A stretch of DNA of 62,492 nucleotides, filler included, from Chthonomonadaceae bacterium (GTDB lineage Bacteria; Armatimonadota; Chthonomonadetes; Chthonomonadales; Chthonomonadaceae), in NCBI GenBank assembly GCA_035650735.1. It is 3 parts of 3 records of this genome, joined end to end, with 100 filler letters (N's around TTAATTAATTAA, not from the genome) between each part and the next. Parts side by side here need not be neighbours in the genome. Positions count along the whole stretch, not along the records: positions 1 to 18,575 come from DASRGZ010000073.1; 2 more parts are not named here. One strand, given 5' to 3'. Shown piece by piece: positions 1 through 9,325 of the stretch. Every line of letters starts with the position of its first letter. The first letter of the stretch is position 1. The notes under the pieces are model-generated. The model was not told the DNA's origin. It did not search any database and saw only the letters and a list, made by a program, of their open reading frames with translations. A program made the translations under genes and the position numbers.

Positions 1-98
1 GGGTGAGGTTGTCGCTCATGGCAGGTGCTCCTGTGACTGTGGTAAGCACAAGAGTACCCCAGGCGACAGCCTCTATTCAAAAAGTGTACGGTAGTGAA
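1..98 (-). mobile_element. Left end of an insertion sequence (probable DDE/IS4-like) with the first codons of its transposase (ATG at 19, MSDNLT...), cut by the window edge
   Basis: The reverse complement TTCACTACCGTACACTTTTT...GGGTACTCTTGTGCTTACCACAG...ATGAGCGACAACCTCACCC aligns with 45211-45317 on another contig. The family assignment is inference. Confidence 0.7.
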
Positions 99-106
99 TC
101 GTCCGG

Positions 107-1810
107 TTAGGGGGACAGGCGCTTGCCGGGGATCACGACCAGGGTAAGGGAATAGGCTGGGTAGGCGGCAGTGAATCCTTCGGGCGAGACCGCCTGATCC
201 GGCTGGCGCACAATCGCCTTCAAGTTGGCCGTGCTGTAGCGATAGACTTGCGCTGCCCCACGCGGCGCAAAGTGGGCTAGAGCGAGCCTGCTGGTGAGGT
301 CCTCCCCTGTTTTGTTGATGACCATCACGGTCAGCGCTCCGTCGCCGCTGCGCTGCGCCCCATAGATGGCCAGCTTGCCCTGGTCGGCGCTTCGTGAACG
401 CACCCAGGTATCGCCATACTGGCTGCCCTTTCCATCATAGTTGCGGTAGAGGCGAAAGGCATACGCGCCGGGTTGATCCGGTTGCGGCGGCCCCCAGAGC
501 GTTGCCAGGTCCAGCCGCTCGCGCCCGAAGATGCCCAGCACATCGGCCTGCGCCAGCGCGCCGTTTATCGACTCCAGGCCGCCCCAGTTATATTCGGTAA
601 TCGCCAGCCTGGTGCCGGGATAGTGCTTGTCCACCCACGCGTGCATTCGCGGGATCAGCCGAATAGCCCCGAAATACTTCCCGATCCAGTTTTTCTCTAC
701 ATAGTTGGGGTCCCAGAGCGAGCGCGTCGATTCCAGGCGCAGCGCCTGCGTGGCCGCATCTCCTGCCGGAGACAGGGCCAGACCGCCAACGCCGTCATCG
801 CTCGTGGGATAGTAGTGCTCATCGAAGTAGTCCAGGAGGCGCACGTTCGCCTGCTGGCTGGCCGCGCGCAGACGGTGCAGGTAGTACTCGGCGTTCCAGA
901 GGCCGCCGTGTTTCTCCGGCTCGCCGCGATAGACGGCCCAGCCGAAATCGCCGGGGCCGTCTATTCTGGCGGTCGGATCGGTCGCTTTGACGGCGCGGGC
1001 GTAGGGAAGCGTCTTATCCACTATCTCCTGATAGGTCGGTGTCTGGGGATGCACGTCGCGATGCGTATTGCTCCAGCCGCCCGGCTCGTTGTCCATCTCA
1101 TAGATAGCGACCCCGCCATGGGCTGCCGTGCCGAACCTGGCGATCAGATGCCGCATCCAGGCCTGCTGATGCGCGGGGCTGTTGGGGATATGCACGCGCA
1201 GGATCGCGGCTTTGTCGGGCACAATCGGCGTGCCGTCCGGCTTGCGGCCATTCCCGGCATCCGTCTGCTGGCCGTTGACAAAGGGATGGATATAGGGATT
1301 GACCTTCTGCTGGGGGCCGAAGAGCGACACCGGGAAGGTGCAGTCCCACTGGCTGACCTTGTTGATATAATCGAGGATCGGAATGGTCAGGAGCGCTTTG
1401 CCGCCTGCGGCTCTGATTTTCTCTACGAACTGGTCGGCGGAGCCGCTGGGGGTGGGATTGTCTTTTCCGCTGCCAGCCATAAAGAACCAGTCATCCCCGG
1501 CATTGGAAGCATCCACCTGCCAGTTGTAGCGGGTGGTAGCGTCTCCACCCCAGCGGCTGACCGGCAGGCGGATCTCCTTCGCCAGATTGGCGTCATAGGG
1601 GTTATCGTTCATCCCGTAGATATCCGGGCTGATCGGATGGCGGTCCGCGGAGACATCCACGCTCAGTTCCGGCCCGGATTGCAGCCGATGCGGGGCGTCG
1701 GGGCGCATACCGGGCAGCAGCAGGCTTCCCAGGCTGAGAACGGTCAGAAACACCATCTTTTGCCGGGCTGCGCAAGGGACATACAATCGGGAACGAGCAG
1801 GCAGCTTCAC
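107..1810 (-). CDS. Secreted glycoside hydrolase family 44 (endoglucanase/xyloglucanase-like)
   Basis: Motifs ISPDIYGMN, RWGGDATTRYNW, DNEPGGWSNTHRDVHP, ITEYNWGG and ALAQADVLGIFG. GTG start preceded by an AGGAG RBS; hydrophobic N-terminus. Confidence 0.88.
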   Translation of the reverse strand: MKLPARSRLYVPCAARQKMVFLTVLSLGSLLLPGMRPDAPHRLQSGPELSVDVSADRHPISPDIYGMNDNPYDANLAKEIRLPVSRWGGDATTRYNWQVDASNAGDDWFFMAGSGKDNPTPSGSADQFVEKIRAAGGKALLTIPILDYINKVSQWDCTFPVSLFGPQQKVNPYIHPFVNGQQTDAGNGRKPDGTPIVPDKAAILRVHIPNSPAHQQAWMRHLIARFGTAAHGGVAIYEMDNEPGGWSNTHRDVHPQTPTYQEIVDKTLPYARAVKATDPTARIDGPGDFGWAVYRGEPEKHGGLWNAEYYLHRLRAASQQANVRLLDYFDEHYYPTSDDGVGGLALSPAGDAATQALRLESTRSLWDPNYVEKNWIGKYFGAIRLIPRMHAWVDKHYPGTRLAITEYNWGGLESINGALAQADVLGIFGRERLDLATLWGPPQPDQPGAYAFRLYRNYDGKGSQYGDTWVRSRSADQGKLAIYGAQRSGDGALTVMVINKTGEDLTSRLALAHFAPRGAAQVYRYSTANLKAIVRQPDQAVSPEGFTAAYPAYSLTLVVIPGKRLSP

Positions 1811-1864
1811 AACGGTTTCTCCTGTTACGGAAGGAATCTGAGGCCCAACCGGCGCAGCGTGATT

Positions 1865-3307
1865 TTACCGTGGGGCTGCAATCGGGGTGCCGATGGCGCG
1901 GGTCAGCGCCGCGCGAGCCTGGTTCACAGCCGTCTGTGCGTTGACGCGGTTGGTGCGGGCGGTCAGCAGCGACGTCTGTGCGTCCAGGACATCCAGGAAG
2001 GTTCCCAGCCCGGCGCGATAGCGTCCCTCGGCAAGCCGCACGCTCTCCTCGGCGTTGGCGACCTCCGCATCCGCCGTCGTCACCCGCTGCTCCGCCGTCC
2101 GCAGGTTCAGATACGCCTGGGAGACATCCGAGGTGACCGTCAGTTGCGTGTTGGTCAGTTGCGCCTGCGCCGACTCCAGGGTAGCGCGGGCTTCTTTGAC
2201 TAGCCCCGCCGTCAGCCCGGCGTCGTAGAGGGGAAACGCGACGGAGACGCCTACGGAGAAGAAATCGTTGCCGGGGGGAAAATTGGCGCCGCGCGTGAAG
2301 AGGCTCAGGTTCGCGCCGAAGCTGGGCGCGTTGGTCGTCCTGGCCGCGCCGACTCCATACTGCGCCGCCTGGACGGTGGACCGGGCCTCCTGCACCTCCG
2401 GACGCTGCGCCAGCGCGGTAGTGACCAGCGCATTCACGTCGTTGGTGGCGATGGGAGGCTCTCCCGTATCCGTTACATCAATGGGGGTTCGCGGGTCAAT
2501 TCCCATCAAAAGGGCCAGGCTGGCGCGCGCAACGGAGGCGCTGTTCTGGGCTTGGTTGAGGGTAAAGATAGCGTCGGCCACGGCGGTCTGCGCGCGCACC
2601 ACATCGGAGGGCAGGCCCAGACCCGCCCGCAGCCGCGCCTGCGCCAGATCGAGCTGTGCCTGCCGATTGCGAACGTTGGCCGTGTTGACATCTACCAGCC
2701 GCACATTCTGGACGTAGTTATAGAAAGCCTGCTTGACCTGCAATACCAGATCGGCCTGGACGCGCGTCAGAGTCGCCGTAGCCGTGCGCTCCAGCGCCTG
2801 GGCCTGACGCACCAGATCGCGCGTGTGATTGAAGTCAAAGAGAAGCTGGCGCACGGTCACGGCTGCCTGGTAGCCCGGAAAGGCGCCTGTTGTGCCTGTC
2901 GTTCCTGTGGTGCCTCCCGTGGTCCCGCCGCCTGCCGCAGTTATGCTTCCGCCCTCCGTCGCAAGCGTTTCCTGATGGGTATATCCGGCACTCAGGCTCA
3001 GGTTGGGCAGCAGCCCGGCACGGACCTGCTGAGTTCGTCCCTGCGCCGCGGCCACGTTGGCGCGCGCCACCGTGACGTTGGGCTGGTGGCGCAAGGCGAT
3101 CAGGGCCGCCTCATCCGCCGTCAGCGGTCGGCTGGGAACATCCGCAGGAGGCGGCGCTGGGGGCGCGGGCAGCCCCACGGGAGGCGGCAGGGGCGTTGTC
3201 TGAATGTTGGGAGCAATGGGCGGCGTCTGCTGTGCCGCCCCATTCGATGCCAGGCCCGCGCTGATAGCGACAGAGATCAGCAGCGGGGCCAGCAAAGGAC
3301 GAACCAT
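1865..3307 (-). CDS. TolC-family outer membrane efflux protein
   Basis: Signal peptide, two OEP repeats and the motif RYRAGLGTFLDVLDAQ. Last gene of an RND operon. Confidence 0.92.
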   Translation of the reverse strand: MVRPLLAPLLISVAISAGLASNGAAQQTPPIAPNIQTTPLPPPVGLPAPPAPPPADVPSRPLTADEAALIALRHQPNVTVARANVAAAQGRTQQVRAGLLPNLSLSAGYTHQETLATEGGSITAAGGGTTGGTTGTTGTTGAFPGYQAAVTVRQLLFDFNHTRDLVRQAQALERTATATLTRVQADLVLQVKQAFYNYVQNVRLVDVNTANVRNRQAQLDLAQARLRAGLGLPSDVVRAQTAVADAIFTLNQAQNSASVARASLALLMGIDPRTPIDVTDTGEPPIATNDVNALVTTALAQRPEVQEARSTVQAAQYGVGAARTTNAPSFGANLSLFTRGANFPPGNDFFSVGVSVAFPLYDAGLTAGLVKEARATLESAQAQLTNTQLTVTSDVSQAYLNLRTAEQRVTTADAEVANAEESVRLAEGRYRAGLGTFLDVLDAQTSLLTARTNRVNAQTAVNQARAALTRAIGTPIAAPR

Positions 3308-3344
3308 GCGAGTTCCTTTCTAAACTCGAAAATGGCGTTGCGGC

Positions 3345-3830
3345 TTACTGTTCCAGGCGCGCTCCAACCGGATCTTCCGCCGGTATCTCCGGGGCGATCT
3401 GCTGGGCTGCCTCCAGAAGAGCCTCCAGAGCGCGCAGCACGGTTTCTCGCTTCTCCGGTGAGAGCTGCTCCAGGGCCTCGGCGGCGTGCCGGACGCGGGC
3501 CTGCCGGCGGGAGCGCATCAGCTCCGCGCCGTGCGCCGTGAGTTGAAGCAGCCTGGTGCGGCGGTCATCCTTACCGGCCACGCGCTCTACCAATCCGGCC
3601 CGCTCCAGCCGATCCGCGATCTGGGTGATGGCGCTGACGGAGATGCCCAATTCCACACCGATGGCGGAGAGGGTGCGCGGCCCGGCCTGTAAGATAGTGC
3701 AGACGCGCAACTGGGCCAGCGAGAGCTCGGTCACCGGATGGTCCGGCTCCAGCGTGAACAGGCGCCGCATCAATTTCGGGAGCAGGCATTCCAACTGGGC
3801 GGCCTGCTCTTGAAGCGTGTCGTGGGTCAT
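3345..3830 (-). CDS. MarR-family transcriptional regulator
   Basis: Winged helix LSAIGVELGISVSAITQIADRLERAGLVER...DRRTRLLQLT. Start moved to ATG 3830 (MTHDTL); the longer ORF runs through a repeat and the RND gene. Confidence 0.92.
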   Translation of the reverse strand: MTHDTLQEQAAQLECLLPKLMRRLFTLEPDHPVTELSLAQLRVCTILQAGPRTLSAIGVELGISVSAITQIADRLERAGLVERVAGKDDRRTRLLQLTAHGAELMRSRRQARVRHAAEALEQLSPEKRETVLRALEALLEAAQQIAPEIPAEDPVGARLEQ

Positions 3831-3871
3831 AAGCGTTGTTGCTTTCCAAACAGCCCTCCCCACGCACCTCT

Positions 3872-3917
3872 TTTCTCCCCTCTTCCGCAGCGTGGGAGAG
3901 GGGAAGGGGGTGAGGGC
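3872..3917. repeat. CCCTCTCCC/GGGAGAGGG-type palindromic intergenic repeat
   Basis: TTCTCCCCTCTTCCGCAGCGTGGGAGAGGGGAAGGGGGTGAGGGC, near-identical to 47124-47168. Confidence 0.8.
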
Positions 3918-3933
3918 TTTTTGCCTTGTCTTC

Positions 3934-6900
3934 CTAATCCGGCAGGGTTGTCTCCACGGGCCGCACGGCGGCCGTCGGCTGATCGGCCAGGCCCGGCTCG
4001 TGCTCGATAGCCTCCACGCTCGGCTCGACCAGTTCCGGCGCCGCCAGGTCGAGCTTGTCCTTGCGGAACAGGCGGGCCAGATCGTCAAAGAGCGTGTAGA
4101 CGGTGGGCACGACGAACAGAGTCAGCAGCGTGGAGGTGATCAGGCCGCCGACCACCGCCGTCGCCATCGGGGCCTGCGTCTCCGAGCCTTTGCCCAGGCC
4201 GATAGCGAGCGGCAGCATCCCCAGGACGGCGGCGCTGGCCGTCATCAGGATCGGGCGCAGGCGCGTCGGGCCAGCCGTCAGCACCGCCTCATCGCGCGGC
4301 ATCCCGCGACTGCGCAGCAGGTTGGTGTAGTCCACCAGCAGGATGCCGTTCTTGACCACGATGCCCACCAGCATCAGCAGCCCGATGAAGGCCGTCAGGC
4401 CGAAGGCACGCCCGGTCAGAAACAGCGCCAGAATGACGCCGATGGCCGAGAGCGGCACCGAAAGCAGCACCGTCAGCGGGTGGACAAACGACTCAAACTG
4501 CGAGGCCAGCAGCATATAGATCAGGCCGACGGCCAGCACGACCGCCAGGCCCATCCCCGCGAACTCCTCCGCGCGCCGCTTCTGGTTGGTGCCCCAGTCC
4601 CAGTAGTAGCCGTTGGGAAGCGATATGCCAGCCAGGACCTTCTGAATATCGGCCTGTATCTCTCCGGCGGAGCGTCCCTGCGGCTGCCCGGTGACGGCGA
4701 TAAAGCGCTGGCGGTCCTGGCGCGTGATCTCGCTCGGCCCGGTCGCCGGCTGCGGATCGGCCACCTGCCGCAATTCTACGATGCGCGGGCCGCCTGTCCC
4801 GCCCGGATTGGGCGCGGCGATGGGCAGGGATTTGAGCTCCTCTACCGTTTTGCGCTTCTCCTCCGGCACCTGCACGATGATCGGGTACTGGAAGCCTTTC
4901 TCCTGGTAATAGCTGGCGATCTCGCCGTTGGTGGCGGTGTTGATGGTGTTGGCGACATCCGAGAAGGAGAGGCCAAACTGAAGCGCCTTCTGCCGGTTGA
5001 CTTTAAACTGCATTTCCGGCGTCGCCTCCTGCCAGTTCACATCCACGTTCTCCAGGCCGGGAATGCCCCGCACGCGGCTCATCACCTCTTTGGCCAGATT
5101 GGAGAGCGTGGTCAGATCGTCGCCGTAGATGTCTACCTCGACGTTTTGCAGGCCGCCCGTCATGATCATGGTGACGATATCGAACTGGTTGACGAGCGGG
5201 CGCGCTCCGGCCAGGCGCGATAACTGCCGGCGCAGGTCGTTCATCACGTCCAGCGTGGACTGCTTCCGGTTATCCTTAAGCTTGACCGTGACCGATCCCT
5301 GATAGGGCGTCAGCGCTGTGGTCGAGCCGCGCAGGCTCAGGGTCGTGCCTGCGGCGGCGAAGGCCGTCTGGACGTTGGGATTGCTGGTGATGATATGCTC
5401 GACCTGCTGCATGACCTCGTTGGTCTTTGCCAGCGCCGTGCCCACCGGCATCTTGACGAGCACCGTAAAGTCGCCGCTATCGGTCTGAGGCATCAGTTCC
5501 GAGCCGATATAGGGCACGAGCAGGAAACTGGCGGCGGAGATAGCGACTATGCCGCCGAGCACCCAGAAGCGATGGTGAATCGCCCAGCGCAGGCCGTTGT
5601 GGTAGGCGGCATCCAGCGCGTCCAGCCACTTGCCGAAGCGGGCAAACAGGCGCTCAATGAGGCCATGCTTATGGTCTTCGACGTTCTCCCGGTGCGCTTC
5701 GCCCTGGATCAGGCGCGAGGCCAGCATCGGCACGACGGTCGTGGCGTCCAGCAGCGAGACGGCGATGGAGAAGATGACCACCAGCGCAAACTGCGTGAAC
5801 ATCTGCCCGGCCTGCCCCTTGATGAGCAGCAACGGCAGGAAGACGACCATGATGGTCAGCGTCGAGGCCACGACCGCCGAGGCGATCTCCATGGTGCCGG
5901 TGACCGCTGCCTCCGCCGAGCGCTTCTTATCGCGTTCTATGTGCCGGAAGATGTTTTCGAGAACAACGACGGCGTCGTCCACGATCAGGCCCGTCGCCAG
6001 CGCCAGCCCGCCCAGCGACATCGTGTTGAGCGTGAAGCCGCAGACGTAGAGCAGCGCGAACGTCGAGACAATCGAGATCGGGATGGAGAGGGCCACGACG
6101 AGCGTGCTGCGGAAGTTTCGGAGGAAGAAGAGCAGGATGAGAACGGCCAGCGCGCCTCCGATGAGCGCGCTCTCCTCGACGTCCTTGATCGAGTCAGAGA
6201 TGAATTGAGATTGATCGTAGGCCAGGCGGAACTGAAGGTTGGGATAGACCTTCTGCACCTGCTTGATCTTGTCCATGACGGCCCGCGCGGTGGAGACGGT
6301 GTTGGCCCCGCTCTGCTTGGTAACGATCAGGCCGACCGCGGGCTGGTTGTTCAGGCGGGTATAGAGACGGGTTTCCGCATGGGAGTCCTTGACGGTCGCC
6401 ACGGCGCTGAGCGGCACAATCTGTCCGTTATAGGAGCCGACGGGGATCTGCGCGATCTCTTGCGGGTTGGCGAACCAGCCGAGACTGCGGATGACGTACT
6501 CCGTGTTGCTCTGGCGGGCGATGCCGGCGGGCAGGTTCAGGTTCTCCTCAGCGATGCGTTTGGTGACATCGTTGAGCGAGAAGTGGTAGGCGCGCAGGCG
6601 GTCCGGGTCCACATCCACGATGATGCTGCGCTGCTGCCCGCCGGTGACGACCGCCGAGGCAACGCCGTCCGCCGACTCGATCATAGGGGAAATCTGGTTG
6701 TCCAGCAGCGTCCGCAGCTTGACCGGGTCTTGCTCGCCGGAGACTCCGAAGATGAGGATCGGCAACTGCGAGGGATCGTACTTGAAGACGATGGGCGTCT
6801 GCAGGGTCGGGTCGGTCGGGAAGCGCTGGCGGGCGCGCTCCACCAATTGCAGCACATCCACCGCCCCCTGGCCGATGTCCACGCCCCAGTTGAACTGCAC

Positions 6901-7176
6901 GCGCACGGTCGAAGTGCCTTCCACCGTGCTGGAACTGACCTGGTAGAGACCGGGCACGGAGGAGACAGCCTGCTCAATGGGGCGGGTGACCTGGGCCTCG
7001 ATCTCTTCCGGGGCGACGTTGGGCCATTGCGTGACGATGGCGACGGTCGGGATAGAGACGGCGGGCAGCAGGTCAATGGGCAGCCGCATCAGGCAGATGG
7101 CGCCGAGCAGCACAAGCGCGGCGATCCGCATGGTGACGGCGACCGGTCGGGTGACGGAAAAACGTGCGAAATTCAT
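3934..7176 (-). CDS. RND efflux permease (AcrB/AcrD/AcrF family)
   Basis: About 1080 aa with motifs GLIVDDAVVVLENIFRH, GIVVKNGILLVD and RLRPILMT. Start at MNFARF. Confidence 0.95.
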   Translation of the reverse strand: MNFARFSVTRPVAVTMRIAALVLLGAICLMRLPIDLLPAVSIPTVAIVTQWPNVAPEEIEAQVTRPIEQAVSSVPGLYQVSSSTVEGTSTVRVQFNWGVDIGQGAVDVLQLVERARQRFPTDPTLQTPIVFKYDPSQLPILIFGVSGEQDPVKLRTLLDNQISPMIESADGVASAVVTGGQQRSIIVDVDPDRLRAYHFSLNDVTKRIAEENLNLPAGIARQSNTEYVIRSLGWFANPQEIAQIPVGSYNGQIVPLSAVATVKDSHAETRLYTRLNNQPAVGLIVTKQSGANTVSTARAVMDKIKQVQKVYPNLQFRLAYDQSQFISDSIKDVEESALIGGALAVLILLFFLRNFRSTLVVALSIPISIVSTFALLYVCGFTLNTMSLGGLALATGLIVDDAVVVLENIFRHIERDKKRSAEAAVTGTMEIASAVVASTLTIMVVFLPLLLIKGQAGQMFTQFALVVIFSIAVSLLDATTVVPMLASRLIQGEAHRENVEDHKHGLIERLFARFGKWLDALDAAYHNGLRWAIHHRFWVLGGIVAISAASFLLVPYIGSELMPQTDSGDFTVLVKMPVGTALAKTNEVMQQVEHIITSNPNVQTAFAAAGTTLSLRGSTTALTPYQGSVTVKLKDNRKQSTLDVMNDLRRQLSRLAGARPLVNQFDIVTMIMTGGLQNVEVDIYGDDLTTLSNLAKEVMSRVRGIPGLENVDVNWQEATPEMQFKVNRQKALQFGLSFSDVANTINTATNGEIASYYQEKGFQYPIIVQVPEEKRKTVEELKSLPIAAPNPGGTGGPRIVELRQVADPQPATGPSEITRQDRQRFIAVTGQPQGRSAGEIQADIQKVLAGISLPNGYYWDWGTNQKRRAEEFAGMGLAVVLAVGLIYMLLASQFESFVHPLTVLLSVPLSAIGVILALFLTGRAFGLTAFIGLLMLVGIVVKNGILLVDYTNLLRSRGMPRDEAVLTAGPTRLRPILMTASAAVLGMLPLAIGLGKGSETQAPMATAVVGGLITSTLLTLFVVPTVYTLFDDLARLFRKDKLDLAAPELVEPSVEAIEHEPGLADQPTAAVRPVETTLPD

Positions 7177-7208
7177 GGGCTTTTCCTTAGACAGAGGGCC
7201 GCAGGCAA

Positions 7209-7479
7209 GCGGCAACAGTTCCCGGCCCTAAAGCGGTAGGGTTTAGCCTGCCGGAGAACCATTACCCACCTCTGGCAGCCACCCCTCAAGGGGTGGACTG
7301 CGGACGGCAAGCCCCATAAATGGGGCTGCGCCGGGTGGATCAGTTCTTACCCAGAGGCAAATGTACCCAAGCGTTTCACCTGGAGAAGCTCCCTTACAGG
7401 AGGCTCACCCACCTCTGGCAGTCCCCTTCCGGGGGCTTGCCGTCCACAGCCCGGTCCTTTAGGGCCGGGCATCTGCCGC
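7209..7479. repeat. REP/BIME-like composite palindromic element inside the efflux operon
   Basis: Terminal inverted repeats CCCGGCCCTAAAG (7221) and CTTTAGGGCCGGG (7457), internal inverted GGACGGCAAGCCCC, direct repeat ACCCACCTCTGGCAG, and hairpin AGCCCCATAAATGGGGCT. Confidence 0.75.
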
Positions 7480-7495
7480 GTATTTTTCCAGTTTC

Positions 7496-9091
7496 CTATT
7501 GCTTCCGGCTTACTGCCTGGTTTTGAGCGATGCGGACGGCCTGGCCGTCCTTGAGGGGCATGGCGCTCAGCGTGACAACCTTCTCTCCCGGCTGCACGCC
7601 CTGCATGATGGCGATGTTGTTGGCGTCGGAGGCGCCGGTGGTCACCGGGCGGCGCTCTACGGTATTGGTTGCCGTGACCACGAGCACCATCGGGCCGTTT
7701 GGCCCCTGCTGGATGGCCTCGCGCGGCACCGTCAGGGCGTTATGAACACGATCCGTTTCCAGGGTAACGCGAGCGAACATGCCGGGCTTGATGAGAAACT
7801 GCGGGTTATCCAGCAGGACGCGGGCGGCAAACTGGCGGCTCATCGGGTCGGCAGAGGGGTTGATCTGAACAATCTTGCCGGTGAAGGTGCGTCCGGGAAG
7901 CCCATCCAGCGCGACGCTAGCCATCTGGGCGAGATGGATCTTGCGGCTGACCTCTTCCGGCACGGGCACGGTCACCCAGACCTGCCGCATCTCCTGAACG
8001 GTCAGGATAGGCTGGCCGGGCGTCGCCATGGCGCCCGGGTCCATAGCGCGCGCGGTGACGAAGCCGTTGATGGGTGACGTGAGGACGGTCTGGGCAAGCT
8101 GAGCTTCGGAGTTCTTGAGATCGGCCTGGGCGGCGGCGACCGCCGAGCGGAGCGCGGCGAGGTTGGCCTGATAGGCCGGCTTCTGGGCGGTGTTGGCGCG
8201 GGCATAGGCGAGCGCCGCTCTGGCCTGCACGACTCTCTGGCGCGCAGCCTCAATATCGGCTTTGCCCTTAGTGGTGACGATATCGGCCTCATGCTGTGCG
8301 GCCTGCTTCTGGGCTATCGCCGAATCATGGGCTGCCTGGGCTGCCTTCAACTGCCCCTGCGCCACGTCTACGGCGCTCTGCTGCACGTTCATCGCCGTGC
8401 GCGCGTCGTCCACATCCTGGGCGGCGACGAAGCCCTGCTTGTAGAGATCGTAAATGCGGTTGTATTTGGCGCGGGCGTTGTCCAGGTTGGCCTGCGCGCT
8501 GCGCTGGGCCGCCTGGGCGTTGGCTATAGCGGCGGCGGCGCTATCTACCTTGCCCTGCGCGTCCGTAACGGCGGCCTGGGCGGCAGCCTTCTGAGCCGCG
8601 TAGTTTTGGCGAACCTGATTATAGTCCGCCTGCGCGCTGGCAAGAGCCGCCTCTTGCTGGCGAATCTGCGTGGTGACAGAGACGTTGGTGGGATTCTGGG
8701 TGATCGCCGCCTGGGCCAGGCGAGATTGCGCCTCCGCGAGCGCTGCCTGCTTCTGTCGAACCTGCGCTTCCACTTCCGAAGGATCAATCCGTACCAGTAC
8801 CTCCCCCCTATTTACATGGTCGCCCTCCCGCACTTGCAGGAAGTCAATCCGTCCGGTGATTTTTGGGGCAATTTTGACATTGAAAGGCGCTTCTACCGTG
8901 CCGACTCCTTCAAAGGTCTGCACGAGATCGCGCTCCTGCGCTGGCGCCACCGAGACAACCGGCGCGGCCTTGACGCGCGCTATGCGTTGCTGGGTCTGCT
9001 GGACGGCCTCTTTGTTCTTGGCCTCGAACCGCCAGACAATCAGCGCGGCGAGCGCGACCAGCGGAATCAGCACAATAATGAAACGCTTCAT
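7496..9091 (-). CDS. RND periplasmic adaptor (membrane fusion protein) with an extended coiled coil
   Basis: N-terminal TM, lipoyl half-motifs (VREGDHVNRGEVL and LTSPINGFV) and PGMFARV. AAGGAGG RBS. Confidence 0.93.
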   Translation of the reverse strand: MKRFIIVLIPLVALAALIVWRFEAKNKEAVQQTQQRIARVKAAPVVSVAPAQERDLVQTFEGVGTVEAPFNVKIAPKITGRIDFLQVREGDHVNRGEVLVRIDPSEVEAQVRQKQAALAEAQSRLAQAAITQNPTNVSVTTQIRQQEAALASAQADYNQVRQNYAAQKAAAQAAVTDAQGKVDSAAAAIANAQAAQRSAQANLDNARAKYNRIYDLYKQGFVAAQDVDDARTAMNVQQSAVDVAQGQLKAAQAAHDSAIAQKQAAQHEADIVTTKGKADIEAARQRVVQARAALAYARANTAQKPAYQANLAALRSAVAAAQADLKNSEAQLAQTVLTSPINGFVTARAMDPGAMATPGQPILTVQEMRQVWVTVPVPEEVSRKIHLAQMASVALDGLPGRTFTGKIVQINPSADPMSRQFAARVLLDNPQFLIKPGMFARVTLETDRVHNALTVPREAIQQGPNGPMVLVVTATNTVERRPVTTGASDANNIAIMQGVQPGEKVVTLSAMPLKDGQAVRIAQNQAVSRKQ

Positions 9092-9105
9092 AGCGCCTCC
9101 TTTTG

Positions 9106-9139
9106 CTTTAGGCGTATGAAATATTTATACCCCTTAAAG
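9106..9139. promoter_or_regulatory. Candidate MarR operator overlapping the efflux operon promoter
   Basis: Imperfect AT-rich palindrome CTTTAGGCGTATGAAAT|ATTTATACCCCTTAAAG immediately upstream of the RBS. Confidence 0.6.
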
Positions 9140-9202
9140 ACTATCTAAGTCTACGTTTGTTACAGGAATTTAGTTGCAGAGGCTGCTTCGAAACGAGGAT
9201 CT

Positions 9203-9325
9203 CTCTCCTTGCGAAGGAGCGGGCGAGACCTCACCCGCAGCGCAGGAAGAGGAGAAGCCGGGTCACCCCCTTCCCTACAAGGGAAGGGGGACGGGGGGTT
9301 AGGTCAGGAAGGATCGGGGGTGAGG
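9203..9325. repeat. Palindromic repeat cluster (CCCCTTCCC/GGGAAGGGG family)
   Basis: 9249-9304 is near-identical to 39582-39637. Confidence 0.8.

Noticed and set aside
7209..7479. Possible IscB/TnpB omega-RNA (HEARO-like)
   Set aside because: No tnpB or iscB ORF is adjacent, and the symmetric inverted architecture fits a REP cluster better.
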